A stretch of 64,000 bases of DNA from Escherichia phage MN04. A program made the translations under genes and the position numbers. Below, in pieces: positions 18,836 through 27,617 of the stretch; position 1 is the first letter of the stretch; each line of letters starts with the position of its first letter. The notes under the pieces are model-generated. The model searched no databases. It saw only the letters and a list, made by a program, of their open reading frames with translations, and was not told the DNA's origin. The DNA lies in the sequence record MT129654.1; one strand, 5' to 3'.

Positions 18836-18865
18836 AAGGAATGGCCCCACAACTAAGAGACAATT

Positions 18866-19411
18866 ATGAAAACGTTTTTAACCGGTAGTTATCTATCCCT
18901 GATGAATGCTTTTGCAAACCATTCTGATGCTAGAGTAGAACACATTTGTAATAGTGGGTTTTATGTACCCGATTCACCAACCCTGTTTAAAGAATGCTGC
19001 ACCTTAAAACTTGACGGCGGACGCCAATCTGGCAAAACAAGGGCAGTATCCATTTTTGCTACAGAATGGTTAGCTAATGGTGGCTCTATTGTTATTTTGT
19101 CTAATAACACGGCGTATGCTAATGTTTCGGCTACTGCAATCCGAAAAGAATATTTTAATAACCATACAGAAAGTATTAAGTACCGTTTGTACACTGATTC
19201 TGTTCGTAGTTTTATTGGTAACACTGCATGCAAATTCCGTGGATTATCACTTTCACGGGTTCTGTATATAATTGATGAGCCTGTTAAAACACCTGATATG
19301 GATAAGATTTATGATGCTCATATAAAGGTAGTCCAGAATTGCTGCCGAGCTCAATGCGTAGAAAGAAATCAAACCGCAAGACCTTTGTTTTTTGTGATAG
19401 GAATGCAATGA
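18866..19411 (+). CDS. P-loop-containing protein (181 aa)
   Basis: Walker A-like GGRQSGKT; ORF with SD aagagac. Confidence 0.5.
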   Translation: MKTFLTGSYLSLMNAFANHSDARVEHICNSGFYVPDSPTLFKECCTLKLDGGRQSGKTRAVSIFATEWLANGGSIVILSNNTAYANVSATAIRKEYFNNHTESIKYRLYTDSVRSFIGNTACKFRGLSLSRVLYIIDEPVKTPDMDKIYDAHIKVVQNCCRAQCVERNQTARPLFFVIGMQ

Positions 19412-19704
19412 TGACTGATGAAGAGCTTTTTGAGTTCTGTTATTTCTCACGTAAGGTTCGAAGAGAGGACCTTACTGCAAATTTCGAATATGCTTATTTC
19501 TATCCATTAGAATATGTATTCATGTCAGGGCCCTTTAAGGGCTCTCGTTTTAGATGCCATGCCCCAAGCATCCGATTAATGAAACAGGTTCCTTACTTCA
19601 CTCTCGAGTTCATCTCTGGGCCGTGTAAGGGTATTATTACTCGCAGTCTCTTGACGTATGACCAAGAGATTCATATGATTTCTGACTGGAAAAAATATGT
19701 CTAA
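19408..19704 (+). CDS. hypothetical protein (98 aa)
   Basis: ATG 19408 overlaps upstream TGA. Confidence 0.45.
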   Translation: MMTDEELFEFCYFSRKVRREDLTANFEYAYFYPLEYVFMSGPFKGSRFRCHAPSIRLMKQVPYFTLEFISGPCKGIITRSLLTYDQEIHMISDWKKYV

Positions 19705-19915
19705 ATTGACAATTGAAGGCTCTGATGAAGCCCTGAAGATGTTTGTTGACTGGTTCCACGAACAGGGCGAACAAGGCTTTATGGAATGTTGGGACGGTGG
19801 CCAATGGAATGGTAAAGAAATTGTTTACCCGACTACGTATATCTCTGTTAGTGGTGGATACGATGGCCTTCGTTTTGTAGAATATGATATTGCATCTGAT
19901 GAGGAAGTGAAATGA
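19697..19915 (+). CDS. hypothetical protein (72 aa)
   Basis: Overlapping coupled ORF. Confidence 0.45.
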   Translation: MSKLTIEGSDEALKMFVDWFHEQGEQGFMECWDGGQWNGKEIVYPTTYISVSGGYDGLRFVEYDIASDEEVK

Positions 19916-20190
19916 TTGAAGATATCAAGGGTTACAAGCCACATACCGACGATAAAATCAGTAAAGTGAATGCCATTAAAGATGCTGAAGTTCGATTAGG
20001 CTTAATCTTTAAAGCATTAGAAGAAGAATACGTTGAAGCCTTTACATGCTCAGGTGTTGATAAAATGAGTGATGAAGAATTCGACCTCACTCATGAACGT
20101 CTCGCCCAGATTCGTACGGCAATCGAACGCTTGAAAGAAGCCTCCATGTGGGCCTGTCGTTCTGTTTTCCAACCCGAAGAAAAATACTAA
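19912..20190 (+). CDS. hypothetical protein (92 aa)
   Basis: ATGA-coupled ORF. Confidence 0.45.
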   Translation: MIEDIKGYKPHTDDKISKVNAIKDAEVRLGLIFKALEEEYVEAFTCSGVDKMSDEEFDLTHERLAQIRTAIERLKEASMWACRSVFQPEEKY

Positions 20191-20195
20191 AAGCA

Positions 20196-20240
20196 GTTTA
20201 CATCTCCTGTAGACGTGGTACTATAGACCTATCAACTACA
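20196..20240 (+). promoter_or_regulatory. T4-type early promoter cassette
   Basis: GTTTAC 20196-20201; inverted repeat tctcctgtag/ctacaggaga flanks the core ggtactatagacctatcaa. Confidence 0.6.
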
Positions 20241-20252
20241 GGAGATTACAAA

Positions 20253-20711
20253 ATGTCAGAAATTAATTCAGAAGTATTCATCCGCCGCAACAAATTACGT
20301 CGTCAGTTCGAAACCGAATTTCGTGAACTTAACGCGTCCATCAAAAAAGCCGCCATCAAGAGCGGTGTCCCAGCTTTCTTTATTAAGTACTCTAATCACT
20401 TGTTGGACCGTGCTATCCAACGTGAAATTGACGAAAAATATGTTTTCTCTTTGTTCAAGAAGCTCCATAATCATGTTAAAGAAATCCATGAATTTTTAAT
20501 CCAGGAGCCTCTTCCTGACATAGAATCTGAAATTGTCCCAGGTAAAGTGTATCGTCCACTGCGTCTCGAGATTACCGATAAAACCTTATGGTTGGGTATG
20601 ACCGTAGATCGTAAACATCCTGATAAAGGATATTCATTAAAATGTCGTATGGCATTTGTTAACTCTAAACGTTTAGAAGGTAAAACCAGCACGAAAGTAA
20701 TCTATCTTTAA
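20253..20711 (+). CDS. hypothetical protein (152 aa)
   Basis: ATG 20253 with SD ggag. Confidence 0.5.
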   Translation: MSEINSEVFIRRNKLRRQFETEFRELNASIKKAAIKSGVPAFFIKYSNHLLDRAIQREIDEKYVFSLFKKLHNHVKEIHEFLIQEPLPDIESEIVPGKVYRPLRLEITDKTLWLGMTVDRKHPDKGYSLKCRMAFVNSKRLEGKTSTKVIYL

Positions 20712-20723
20712 TAATGAGGTCTC

Positions 20724-21263
20724 ATGAAAAAAGTATTAGCCACTTTACTATTGACAGTTAGTATGTCTGCCTATAGCGTAGAGCCTACTTTCAGTAATGA
20801 ACAACTCGATAATTTACATTATGCGTATGCTTTCGGTGAACAATACCAAAAGTCGGGAAAGTTCAAAGAAAACCCTAATCAAAAAGGATTAGGATATATA
20901 ATGGCCGGATTATTATGGCAGGAATCATCTGCTGGAATTAATCAAGGTTTAAATAAAGATAAGCACCATGCTTATGGCATGTTCCAAAATTACTTGCCTA
21001 CGTTAAGAAGTCGTGTTCAACAGGTAGGTTGGAAGATGTCAGACAAAGAAATAATTCGTATGGTCCAAAAACGACAGAACAGTGCCTCTTGGGCCTACAT
21101 TGAGCTGTCTTATTGGATTAATGTTCACAAAGGTGACCTGAGAAAAGCGATTGCTTCTTATAATGCGGGCTGGAATGTCAAAGCAGGCAGTAAATATGCT
21201 TCCGAAGTTCTAGAAAAGGCCAATTACCTAAAATCTAAAAAGATGTTTGAGGCGGTATATTAA
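20724..21263 (+). CDS. secreted lytic-transglycosylase-like protein (SLT domain, 179 aa)
   Basis: Signal peptide MKKVLATLLLTVSMSAYS; motifs WQESSAG, GMFQ, SYNAGWN typical of SLT/goose-type lysozyme folds. Confidence 0.6.
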   Translation: MKKVLATLLLTVSMSAYSVEPTFSNEQLDNLHYAYAFGEQYQKSGKFKENPNQKGLGYIMAGLLWQESSAGINQGLNKDKHHAYGMFQNYLPTLRSRVQQVGWKMSDKEIIRMVQKRQNSASWAYIELSYWINVHKGDLRKAIASYNAGWNVKAGSKYASEVLEKANYLKSKKMFEAVY

Positions 21264-21620
21264 ATGATTAAACAGATGACTATAGCGCTTATGTTGATTG
21301 CTCCGGGAGTATTAGCATCACAGGTTGATGATACAAATAATTCAATTGTCGAGTATGCCACCCGTACAGCAAAAGATTATTGTCATCCAAGTAATACTGA
21401 ATGTGTTATTGAATTCAGTTCAAAAATAACAGCTGCTTTTAAAGATGGGCAGAACGACGTCGAGCATCGCCGAATGAAAGAGAAAACTCTTTCTAAAAGA
21501 TACGAGCAACGTCTAAACGTTACTGAATGTGTTCCGTCTGATAAAAAGTACAAAGAAATGTGCGCGTCTATGGTAGACAGACTCGTTGACTCTTACAACC
21601 GAGGGCTAAACTCTAAATGA
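21264..21620 (+). CDS. secreted Cys-containing protein (118 aa)
   Basis: Signal peptide MIKQMTIALMLIAPGVLAS; coupled to the SLT gene. Confidence 0.5.
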   Translation: MIKQMTIALMLIAPGVLASQVDDTNNSIVEYATRTAKDYCHPSNTECVIEFSSKITAAFKDGQNDVEHRRMKEKTLSKRYEQRLNVTECVPSDKKYKEMCASMVDRLVDSYNRGLNSK

Positions 21621-22096
21621 TTATTGATTATATTAAGGGCGATATCGTCGCCCTGTTTCTCCAAGGTAATATTATTGCACATGGGTGTAACTGCTTTCAC
21701 ACAATGGGTTCAGGTGTAGCGGGTCAATTAGCAAGAGCTTATCCTAAAATTTTAGAAATTGATAAGACTACTACCGAATACGGCTCTCGTGATAAATTAG
21801 GTGATATGTCTATTGTTTTTAAACATAAGCCTAATGGATTTGCAATGTGCTATAATTTATACACCCAATACGAACCAGGCCCTAATCTTGATTACGGTGC
21901 TTTAGTAAACTGTATGATAGAATTAAATCTACAAGCAAATGACCTTTTGTTTAAACCAAGAATTTATATTCCTCGTATAGGTTGTGGTATTGCTGGTGGC
22001 GATTGGGACAAGGTTTCTCAATTAATTGATATGTTTACCCCTGATATTGATTTAATAGTGGTGGATTATGAAAGCACATTACCCACATCCGTTTGA
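21617..22096 (+). CDS. macro-domain protein (ADP-ribose binding/processing fold, 159 aa)
   Basis: Motifs HGCNCFHTMGSGVAGQL and IPRIGCGIAGGDW resemble the macro-domain glycine-rich loops; ATGA coupling. Confidence 0.6.
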   Translation: MIIDYIKGDIVALFLQGNIIAHGCNCFHTMGSGVAGQLARAYPKILEIDKTTTEYGSRDKLGDMSIVFKHKPNGFAMCYNLYTQYEPGPNLDYGALVNCMIELNLQANDLLFKPRIYIPRIGCGIAGGDWDKVSQLIDMFTPDIDLIVVDYESTLPTSV

Positions 22097-22280
22097 CCCT
22101 AAAAACAAAGCGGAAATTATTCGGAGTTGGACCGAAACCCGAGTAACTAAATGCCCTATAAAAAGTCAGCATAACACCGATAAATGGTATATTGGTGAAT
22201 ACGTTGAATATACTTTTATAGATAAAAATAAACGTAAACAGCATGTAGAAGAATATTGCTTAAAGGTGCAATGGTTATGA
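22068..22280 (+). CDS. hypothetical protein (70 aa)
   Basis: ORF overlapping the macro gene end. Confidence 0.35.
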   Translation: MKAHYPHPFDPKNKAEIIRSWTETRVTKCPIKSQHNTDKWYIGEYVEYTFIDKNKRKQHVEEYCLKVQWL

Positions 22281-22483
22281 GCCAAGCCCGAATTCTTAAA
22301 ACGGCTAAATGTGAAAAATGTGAATGGCCGGTAATCGCAGCTTTATGCAACGATGAAATGGAATGTGAATTTGATTACTGGTGGTACTGTTCTAATAAAG
22401 GATGTTCTAATCATAAGGGTGAAGGTTTTCATTCTGGTTATTGCGAACATCCTAAATTTGTGCGATATGGTGAACCTAAATGA
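22271..22483 (+). CDS. Cys-rich small protein (about 70 aa)
   Basis: CEKCEW...CNDEMEC...CSNKGC...CEH pattern. Confidence 0.45.
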   Translation: MVMSQARILKTAKCEKCEWPVIAALCNDEMECEFDYWWYCSNKGCSNHKGEGFHSGYCEHPKFVRYGEPK

Positions 22484-22665
22484 GTTTAAGTATTAGTCAG
22501 AAAAGTAGATTGTTTGAGCTTATTCATGAGCTTTTGGATGAACATACCGAAGCAAACGCTTTTTACGATGAATATGGCCCGCTATCCCCCGAACAGCAAG
22601 AAGAATTTGCTGATCGGTTTGATGAGAAAGAAAACGAATTAATTGCTTATGTGAATACGCTTTAA
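22480..22665 (+). CDS. hypothetical acidic protein (61 aa)
   Basis: ATGA-coupled ORF. Confidence 0.4.
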   Translation: MSLSISQKSRLFELIHELLDEHTEANAFYDEYGPLSPEQQEEFADRFDEKENELIAYVNTL

Positions 22666-22674
22666 GAAGGTAAT

Positions 22675-23247
22675 ATGGCTCAACTTTATTTTCATTATGC
22701 GGCAATGAACTCAGGTAAGACCGCTTCATTGCTAACGGCCGCTCATAACTACAAAGAACGCGGTATGGGCGTGCTCCTTTTAAAGCCTGCGATAGACAAT
22801 AGAGAATCAAGCCATACCATTTCGTCTCGTATAGGGATTAGTCAAGAGGCCAATGCGGTGACTCCGGATATGGACCTATACGAGTTCTATCGTTGGGCTG
22901 AATCTCAAAAAGATATCCACTGTGTGTTTGTGGATGAAGCACAGTTCTTAGAACCTGCACAGATAAAACAACTGGCAAAGATAGTAGACAATTATAATGT
23001 TCCGGTTATGTGTTACGGGCTAAGAACTGATTTTCAGGGTAAACTGTTTCCTGGTTCTGCTGAATTACTCGCTACGGCAGATAAACTCGTTGAGTACAAA
23101 GGTGTGTGCCATTGCGGCCGTAAAGCTACTATGACTGCTAGGGTCCAAGATGGTGTCGCAATTAAGGACGGAGCCCAAGTTTCTATAGGTGGCAACGATT
23201 CTTACGTGTCATTGTGCAGGAAGCACTGGATAGAAATAACGAGTTGA
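22675..23247 (+). CDS. tk: thymidine kinase (190 aa)
   Basis: MAQLYFHYAAMNSGKTASLL...CHCGRKATMTAR...SLCRKHW matches remembered T4 tk (P-loop plus zinc-binding Cys motifs). Confidence 0.9.
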   Translation: MAQLYFHYAAMNSGKTASLLTAAHNYKERGMGVLLLKPAIDNRESSHTISSRIGISQEANAVTPDMDLYEFYRWAESQKDIHCVFVDEAQFLEPAQIKQLAKIVDNYNVPVMCYGLRTDFQGKLFPGSAELLATADKLVEYKGVCHCGRKATMTARVQDGVAIKDGAQVSIGGNDSYVSLCRKHWIEITS

Positions 23248-23254
23248 GGGTACT

Positions 23255-23533
23255 ATGGACCTAAATTCAAAGATTTTAATTCTAGCGTTCGCTGTGGCCA
23301 TCTCTTATATTGTTCTTTTGCCCATCATGGATGATGCGGCTTACAAAAGAGAGATAGAAGTTGTAGCAGCGACGTATAATGCTAATAATAAAGAATGTCC
23401 TAATAAAAATGGAATGGATTTAATTAAAGCGCATTATATGCTTTCCATTACCTCGCCTATACAGAGGAATTGGGTTGAATATAATTTTAACGACGTGTTC
23501 TATTCTTATTGTCGTAAGCTTAAAAAGCTATAA
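23255..23533 (+). CDS. membrane protein (92 aa)
   Basis: ORF with N-terminal hydrophobic helix. Confidence 0.45.
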   Translation: MDLNSKILILAFAVAISYIVLLPIMDDAAYKREIEVVAATYNANNKECPNKNGMDLIKAHYMLSITSPIQRNWVEYNFNDVFYSYCRKLKKL

Positions 23534-23626
23534 ATAGTAATACTAACCGTAGAGCTTTAGCTTTTGGTAATCGCTATCGGTTAAGGCCGAAAGGCAAATT
23601 CGTATAAAATAACAAAGGACTTTTGT

Positions 23627-23920
23627 ATGGGTATTTTCCGTACAGTGGCTTGTATCCTTATGATTGGATGTTTAAGCCCAACATCTTCACTAGCAAACAA
23701 ATCCGACCCTAAATTGATGGACGCCTTTGCTAGTAGTGCGATGCCAGTTTATGCGCAAATGAGTAAACCTAGTGTAAAGGCCTCCGAAGACTACTGGGCT
23801 TATGTAACTGCTTCTTGGAAAATTTCAAATTGCAATACAATAGAGTCTTGCTCGATTGAAGGTCGGGCTATCGGAGAACGATACGCTAAACTAATGAAGG
23901 TAGATGATGAAATTCAATGA
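23627..23920 (+). CDS. putative lipoprotein or secreted protein (97 aa)
   Basis: Signal-like N-terminus ending MIGC; TATAAATA at 23529-23536 upstream. Confidence 0.45.
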   Translation: MGIFRTVACILMIGCLSPTSSLANKSDPKLMDAFASSAMPVYAQMSKPSVKASEDYWAYVTASWKISNCNTIESCSIEGRAIGERYAKLMKVDDEIQ

Positions 23921-24290
23921 TTTCGTACTTAGTCGAGGGACTGAAGTAGATTCTTATATTGGTTGGCTGTTGGTTTCTTTAGCCTATTTTAAGTCAGCCC
24001 ATTTGGAAACCAAAAGCTATGCAAGACACAAAGCATATGACTTCTATTATACAGAAGTTCAAGGACCACTAGACCAGTTCAGTGAACAGTATTTAGGATT
24101 TAGTGGCAAAGAATATAAAGCATCACTACCATCTGCTTCAGAACTGCCTAAAGACCCCATAGATTTTCTTGATGAACTTATTAAAGCGTCTGATAAAATC
24201 TACAAAAATCTTCCTAAGGCCATCCAATCGACTTTGGACGACATCACTGGTGTCTTTTACCAGACTAAGTATTTGTTAACGTTAGAATAA
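23904..24290 (+). CDS. hypothetical protein (128 aa)
   Basis: Overlapping coupled ORF. Confidence 0.45.
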   Translation: MMKFNDFVLSRGTEVDSYIGWLLVSLAYFKSAHLETKSYARHKAYDFYYTEVQGPLDQFSEQYLGFSGKEYKASLPSASELPKDPIDFLDELIKASDKIYKNLPKAIQSTLDDITGVFYQTKYLLTLE

Positions 24291-24294
24291 TCAA

Positions 24295-24321
24295 AGGTCT
24301 CACTTCGGTGGGACCTTTTTT
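24295..24321 (+). terminator. rho-independent terminator
   Basis: Hairpin ggtctcac-ttcg-gtgggacc followed by TTTTTT. Confidence 0.7.
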
Positions 24322-24330
24322 CGTTTTAGT

Positions 24331-24375
24331 GTTTACATCCTCTAGGAACGTGATACTATAGACCTATCAACTAAT
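24331..24375 (+). promoter_or_regulatory. T4-type early promoter cassette
   Basis: GTTTAC 24331-24336 and core gatactatagacctatcaa. Confidence 0.6.
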
Positions 24376-24387
24376 GAGGAGAACAGT

Positions 24388-24624
24388 ATGAAACTTACAA
24401 GTACTACGGTTTCATTGGAATATGAAATCAATAACCGCCTCCTTGAGATTAAGATATTCGACGACCGAAGTATCTTTGCTGACTACCGAGGGTACAGAAT
24501 TCGTCTAGAAAAGGACGAGCTCAAGGAACCATGGCTCCTTAAAGACACATTAAAGGGTTGTGGGTGTAAGCTGAAGACCACTCAAGCCCAAGAATTAATT
24601 TCTACTATCAACAAATACTGGTGA
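24388..24624 (+). CDS. hypothetical protein (78 aa)
   Basis: ORF with SD gaggag. Confidence 0.5.
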   Translation: MKLTSTTVSLEYEINNRLLEIKIFDDRSIFADYRGYRIRLEKDELKEPWLLKDTLKGCGCKLKTTQAQELISTINKYW

Positions 24625-24628
24625 TATT

Positions 24629-24811
24629 ATGTTAACTACCGAACAGATTGAGAAAATTATCAAACTCGCCCAGCATATTGAAAACGCATCCAATGACCTA
24701 GCTGTTGAATATTGCGAAGGTTATTCATATTCCGGAATAGAGCAGTGTAAACGAGATTTGGCTAACTCTAAAGCAGCCTTGGCTGAGTATCTTAATGAGT
24801 TGAAAGCATAA
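24629..24811 (+). CDS. hypothetical protein (60 aa)
   Basis: Short coupled ORF. Confidence 0.4.
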   Translation: MLTTEQIEKIIKLAQHIENASNDLAVEYCEGYSYSGIEQCKRDLANSKAALAEYLNELKA

Positions 24812-25068
24812 TGGCCGTTGGATTTGCTAAGGACGGAGCCGAACAGCTCGAAATGGAAGCGGTCGTTCAGGCCGCTATAGTACACGCCCGTAAGCAAGTA
24901 GCAGTTGAACGTGAATCGGCTAAATATTGTTTTGATTGCGATGAAGAGATTCCTGAAGCACGACGTCAAGCTATCAAAGGTGTGATATATTGTATAGGTT
25001 GTCAGTCAATGCATGATGAAATTTTTAAACGTGAGCCACGTAACTGTTGGCACAGGAGCATGAGATGA
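24811..25068 (+). CDS. TraR/DksA-family C4 zinc-finger protein (85 aa)
   Basis: CFDCDEEIPEARRQAIKGVIYCIGCQ gives the CxxC-x17-CxxC signature. Confidence 0.65.
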   Translation: MAVGFAKDGAEQLEMEAVVQAAIVHARKQVAVERESAKYCFDCDEEIPEARRQAIKGVIYCIGCQSMHDEIFKREPRNCWHRSMR

Positions 25069-25159
25069 TTTACTATCTTGAACCTTGGGCTTGGCTTACA
25101 ATGCTTATTGGTCCAGTTTTAATAGGTTTATTCTTTTCATGGCTAGCGAGGAAACTGTA

Positions 25160-25357
25160 ATGTTATACGACCCAAGTGGTAATTCTGAAGACGGTATTAT
25201 TGTCCTTTTGGCAGATGTTGAAGAGTCTGACGATGACATTTTTGTTAAAGATTGGGAAGAAAAAGGCGGAATCACAATCCAGCAAGAAAATGATATGATT
25301 TGTCTGAATGCAAGCCAAGTCGAAGAACTTTATAGTATTTTAAAACATAACCGTTGA
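25160..25357 (+). CDS. hypothetical acidic protein (65 aa)
   Basis: ATG 25160 with SD gaggaaa. Confidence 0.45.
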   Translation: MLYDPSGNSEDGIIVLLADVEESDDDIFVKDWEEKGGITIQQENDMICLNASQVEELYSILKHNR

Positions 25358-25367
25358 GGAACAGAAA

Positions 25368-25928
25368 ATGATTATTGAAACAACTGAATTGTTTGGTGAA
25401 CTGACCGCTGAAGTAGTTGATAATGCAATTGTGCTTTCACAAGAAGACGATAAAATCGTACTAACTATCCAAGATATTAAACCACTTTATGATTTAAAGG
25501 TTTTGGATAAAGATGGGTATCTTGATGGACGCCATAGAGCATCGTTTGATATTAACGACGATGTATGGGCCCAGATTTATAAAAATGAAGACGGGTTTAA
25601 TATCGAAACTGATACGGAATGTCTAAGCATTAGGAATTCTAGTAATTTCTTTAAATGTATTTTTAAACTGTTCCAGGAAGAATGCAAGCCTGAAGTTGAA
25701 TGGAAAGTTCCAGGTCAAGATGCGGTGATTCGTTCTAGTGAAACATTCGAAGGTGATGAAGAAGAACTGGATTATGATACCGAATTATCCGTGTATCAAC
25801 ACCAGGGTCGTGATTTGCTATCCTTGACCCAAAGACACGACGGTGAAAATGAAGTGGTATTTACTAAAGACGAGCTAAAAGTTTTAGTCTCTTATCTGAA
25901 CTCTGTTATCCCAACTATGAACCCTTAA
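25368..25928 (+). CDS. hypothetical acidic protein (186 aa)
   Basis: ORF with SD gaggaa. Confidence 0.5.
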   Translation: MIIETTELFGELTAEVVDNAIVLSQEDDKIVLTIQDIKPLYDLKVLDKDGYLDGRHRASFDINDDVWAQIYKNEDGFNIETDTECLSIRNSSNFFKCIFKLFQEECKPEVEWKVPGQDAVIRSSETFEGDEEELDYDTELSVYQHQGRDLLSLTQRHDGENEVVFTKDELKVLVSYLNSVIPTMNP

Positions 25929-25938
25929 GGAAAATATT

Positions 25939-26391
25939 ATGATTATCAATTCAAACTCTTGGCACGTTAAATTACACGACCGTTTTTATGACCGTCATTC
26001 TCGACCGCACTCTTTGTGTGCTTATTTCTGGAAAATGGTTTGGGCTTGTTTTGCTTGTGCCATTGTTGCAGGTAGTACGCTTTTTGGATTAACTGTTGCA
26101 GGCGCTGGTGTATTAGAGCATTTCTTTGTATTAAGTACTCCCGTTCTGTTGAGTCTAGGGTTTGTTTTAGGGTTGATTGCAATAGCTCTTATTATTGCTC
26201 TATCCATTGGTTTGGCATTAGGTGCGATGAATTTACACGCGTGGTATGATGCACGTAGAGAAGAAAAGGAATGGCAACGTATTCAAGCTGAGCGTGAAGG
26301 CCGAGAAACTAAAGAAAATATCGTCGTCCAATACATTAAAGCTCGTAAATCTAAGATGTGTCCTGTAATCCACTTCGAGAACAAAGAATGA
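25939..26391 (+). CDS. membrane protein (150 aa)
   Basis: Conserved initiation region; multiple hydrophobic helices. Confidence 0.5.
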   Translation: MIINSNSWHVKLHDRFYDRHSRPHSLCAYFWKMVWACFACAIVAGSTLFGLTVAGAGVLEHFFVLSTPVLLSLGFVLGLIAIALIIALSIGLALGAMNLHAWYDARREEKEWQRIQAEREGRETKENIVVQYIKARKSKMCPVIHFENKE

Positions 26392-27398
26392 GAACTGTTA
26401 TGAAAGGCTACTTCGGTAGCCACCTTTATGGAACAAGTACTCCGGAATCTGATGTCGATTTTAAAGAAATCTTTGTTCCACATCCGCGTGATATTCTGTT
26501 AGGTACGGCTATGAACCATACCAACCTGAACACGAATAACACTGCTTCCAAAAACACTAAAGATGATGTTGACCATGAGCTTTATAGTCTGAAATATTTC
26601 TTTAAACTGGCTGCTGAAGGCGAAACCGTTGCTCTGGATATGCTCCACACTCCGCCTGAAATGGTGGTTAAATCTGATTTACCTGATGTATGGAAATTTA
26701 TCCAAGACAACCGTTCTCGGTTCTATACAACCAACATGAAAGCCTATTTAGGGTACGTCCGTAAGCAAGCTTCTAAATATGGTGTTAAGGGTTCTCGACT
26801 GGCTGCTCTGCGTGGTGTACTGGCTATTGTTAACCAGATTCCTGAACAATGGGTCGATTATCAAGAAGACGGTTCGACTAAGCAACGTCGCACTAAGGTA
26901 GAAGATATCAAACATCGACTCCCTGAAAATGAGTTCTGTGAATGGGTATTCCATAACCATGAGAAAACAGGACCTCAAACGTTCTATACTGTTCTCGGAC
27001 GTAAGTACCAAACCACTTTGTCATTAATCGAGCTCAAGCAATCTCTGAATAAGCTCGATGCGGAATATGGTGAACGCGCTCGTAAAGCTGAAGCTAACGA
27101 AGGTATTGACTGGAAAGCTCTGAGCCATGCTTATCGTGCTGGTTATCAGTTGAAGGAAATCTATCAAACTGGTGACCTCCAATATCCTTTACGTACAGCA
27201 CCGTTTATCCTTGAAATCAAACAAGGGCTTCATGCTTTTAAAGATGTACAGGCCGAACTTGAAGCTATCGTTGATGAAGTCGAAACCAATGCTATCTGGG
27301 CCGCTAAGAACGGCATGCCTGAGAAGGTAGACATGAAGTTCTGGGACAAGTTCGTTGAAGAGGTGTACCTTGACAACCACAACGCTTATTACCGCTAA
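26388..27398 (+). CDS. Pol-beta-superfamily nucleotidyltransferase (336 aa)
   Basis: N-terminal GSHLYGTSTPESDVD fits the GS-x9-13-Dh[DE] NTase signature; ATGA coupling. Confidence 0.6.
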   Translation: MRTVMKGYFGSHLYGTSTPESDVDFKEIFVPHPRDILLGTAMNHTNLNTNNTASKNTKDDVDHELYSLKYFFKLAAEGETVALDMLHTPPEMVVKSDLPDVWKFIQDNRSRFYTTNMKAYLGYVRKQASKYGVKGSRLAALRGVLAIVNQIPEQWVDYQEDGSTKQRRTKVEDIKHRLPENEFCEWVFHNHEKTGPQTFYTVLGRKYQTTLSLIELKQSLNKLDAEYGERARKAEANEGIDWKALSHAYRAGYQLKEIYQTGDLQYPLRTAPFILEIKQGLHAFKDVQAELEAIVDEVETNAIWAAKNGMPEKVDMKFWDKFVEEVYLDNHNAYYR

Positions 27399-27594
27399 AG
27401 AAGAAATTAACGTCTTTCTATCGTATGGAAGACCTCATAAAACTCGACGTTGGTATCTTGAAGCTGTCTGTAAAGAAACCGGACGTCGAGTCAATGTCAA
27501 ATACGTATGTAAACCGTCTCCCAAACAAACTCGCAGGTTTGTTAACTGGGCTATCAATACTATAAGATTCCATAATTTTTGGAGTGCAATATAA
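27355..27594 (+). CDS. uncertain small ORF (79 aa, non-ATG start in track)
   Basis: ORF track only; overlaps NTase 3' end; no convincing RBS. Confidence 0.25.
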   Translation: MKRCTLTTTTLITAKEEINVFLSYGRPHKTRRWYLEAVCKETGRRVNVKYVCKPSPKQTRRFVNWAINTIRFHNFWSAI

Positions 27595-27616
27595 GGGCCG
27601 TATGGCCCTTTTTTTG
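27594..27616 (+). terminator. rho-independent terminator at a convergent gene junction
   Basis: Hairpin gggcc-gtat-ggccc followed by TTTTTTT. Confidence 0.7.
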
Positions 27617-27617
27617 T

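Noticed and set aside
18595-18852. Minus-strand 85-aa ORF spanning the GC-rich island
   Set aside because: Overlaps the 3' end of an internal-protein gene; no RBS; probably an artefact of GC-rich sequence.
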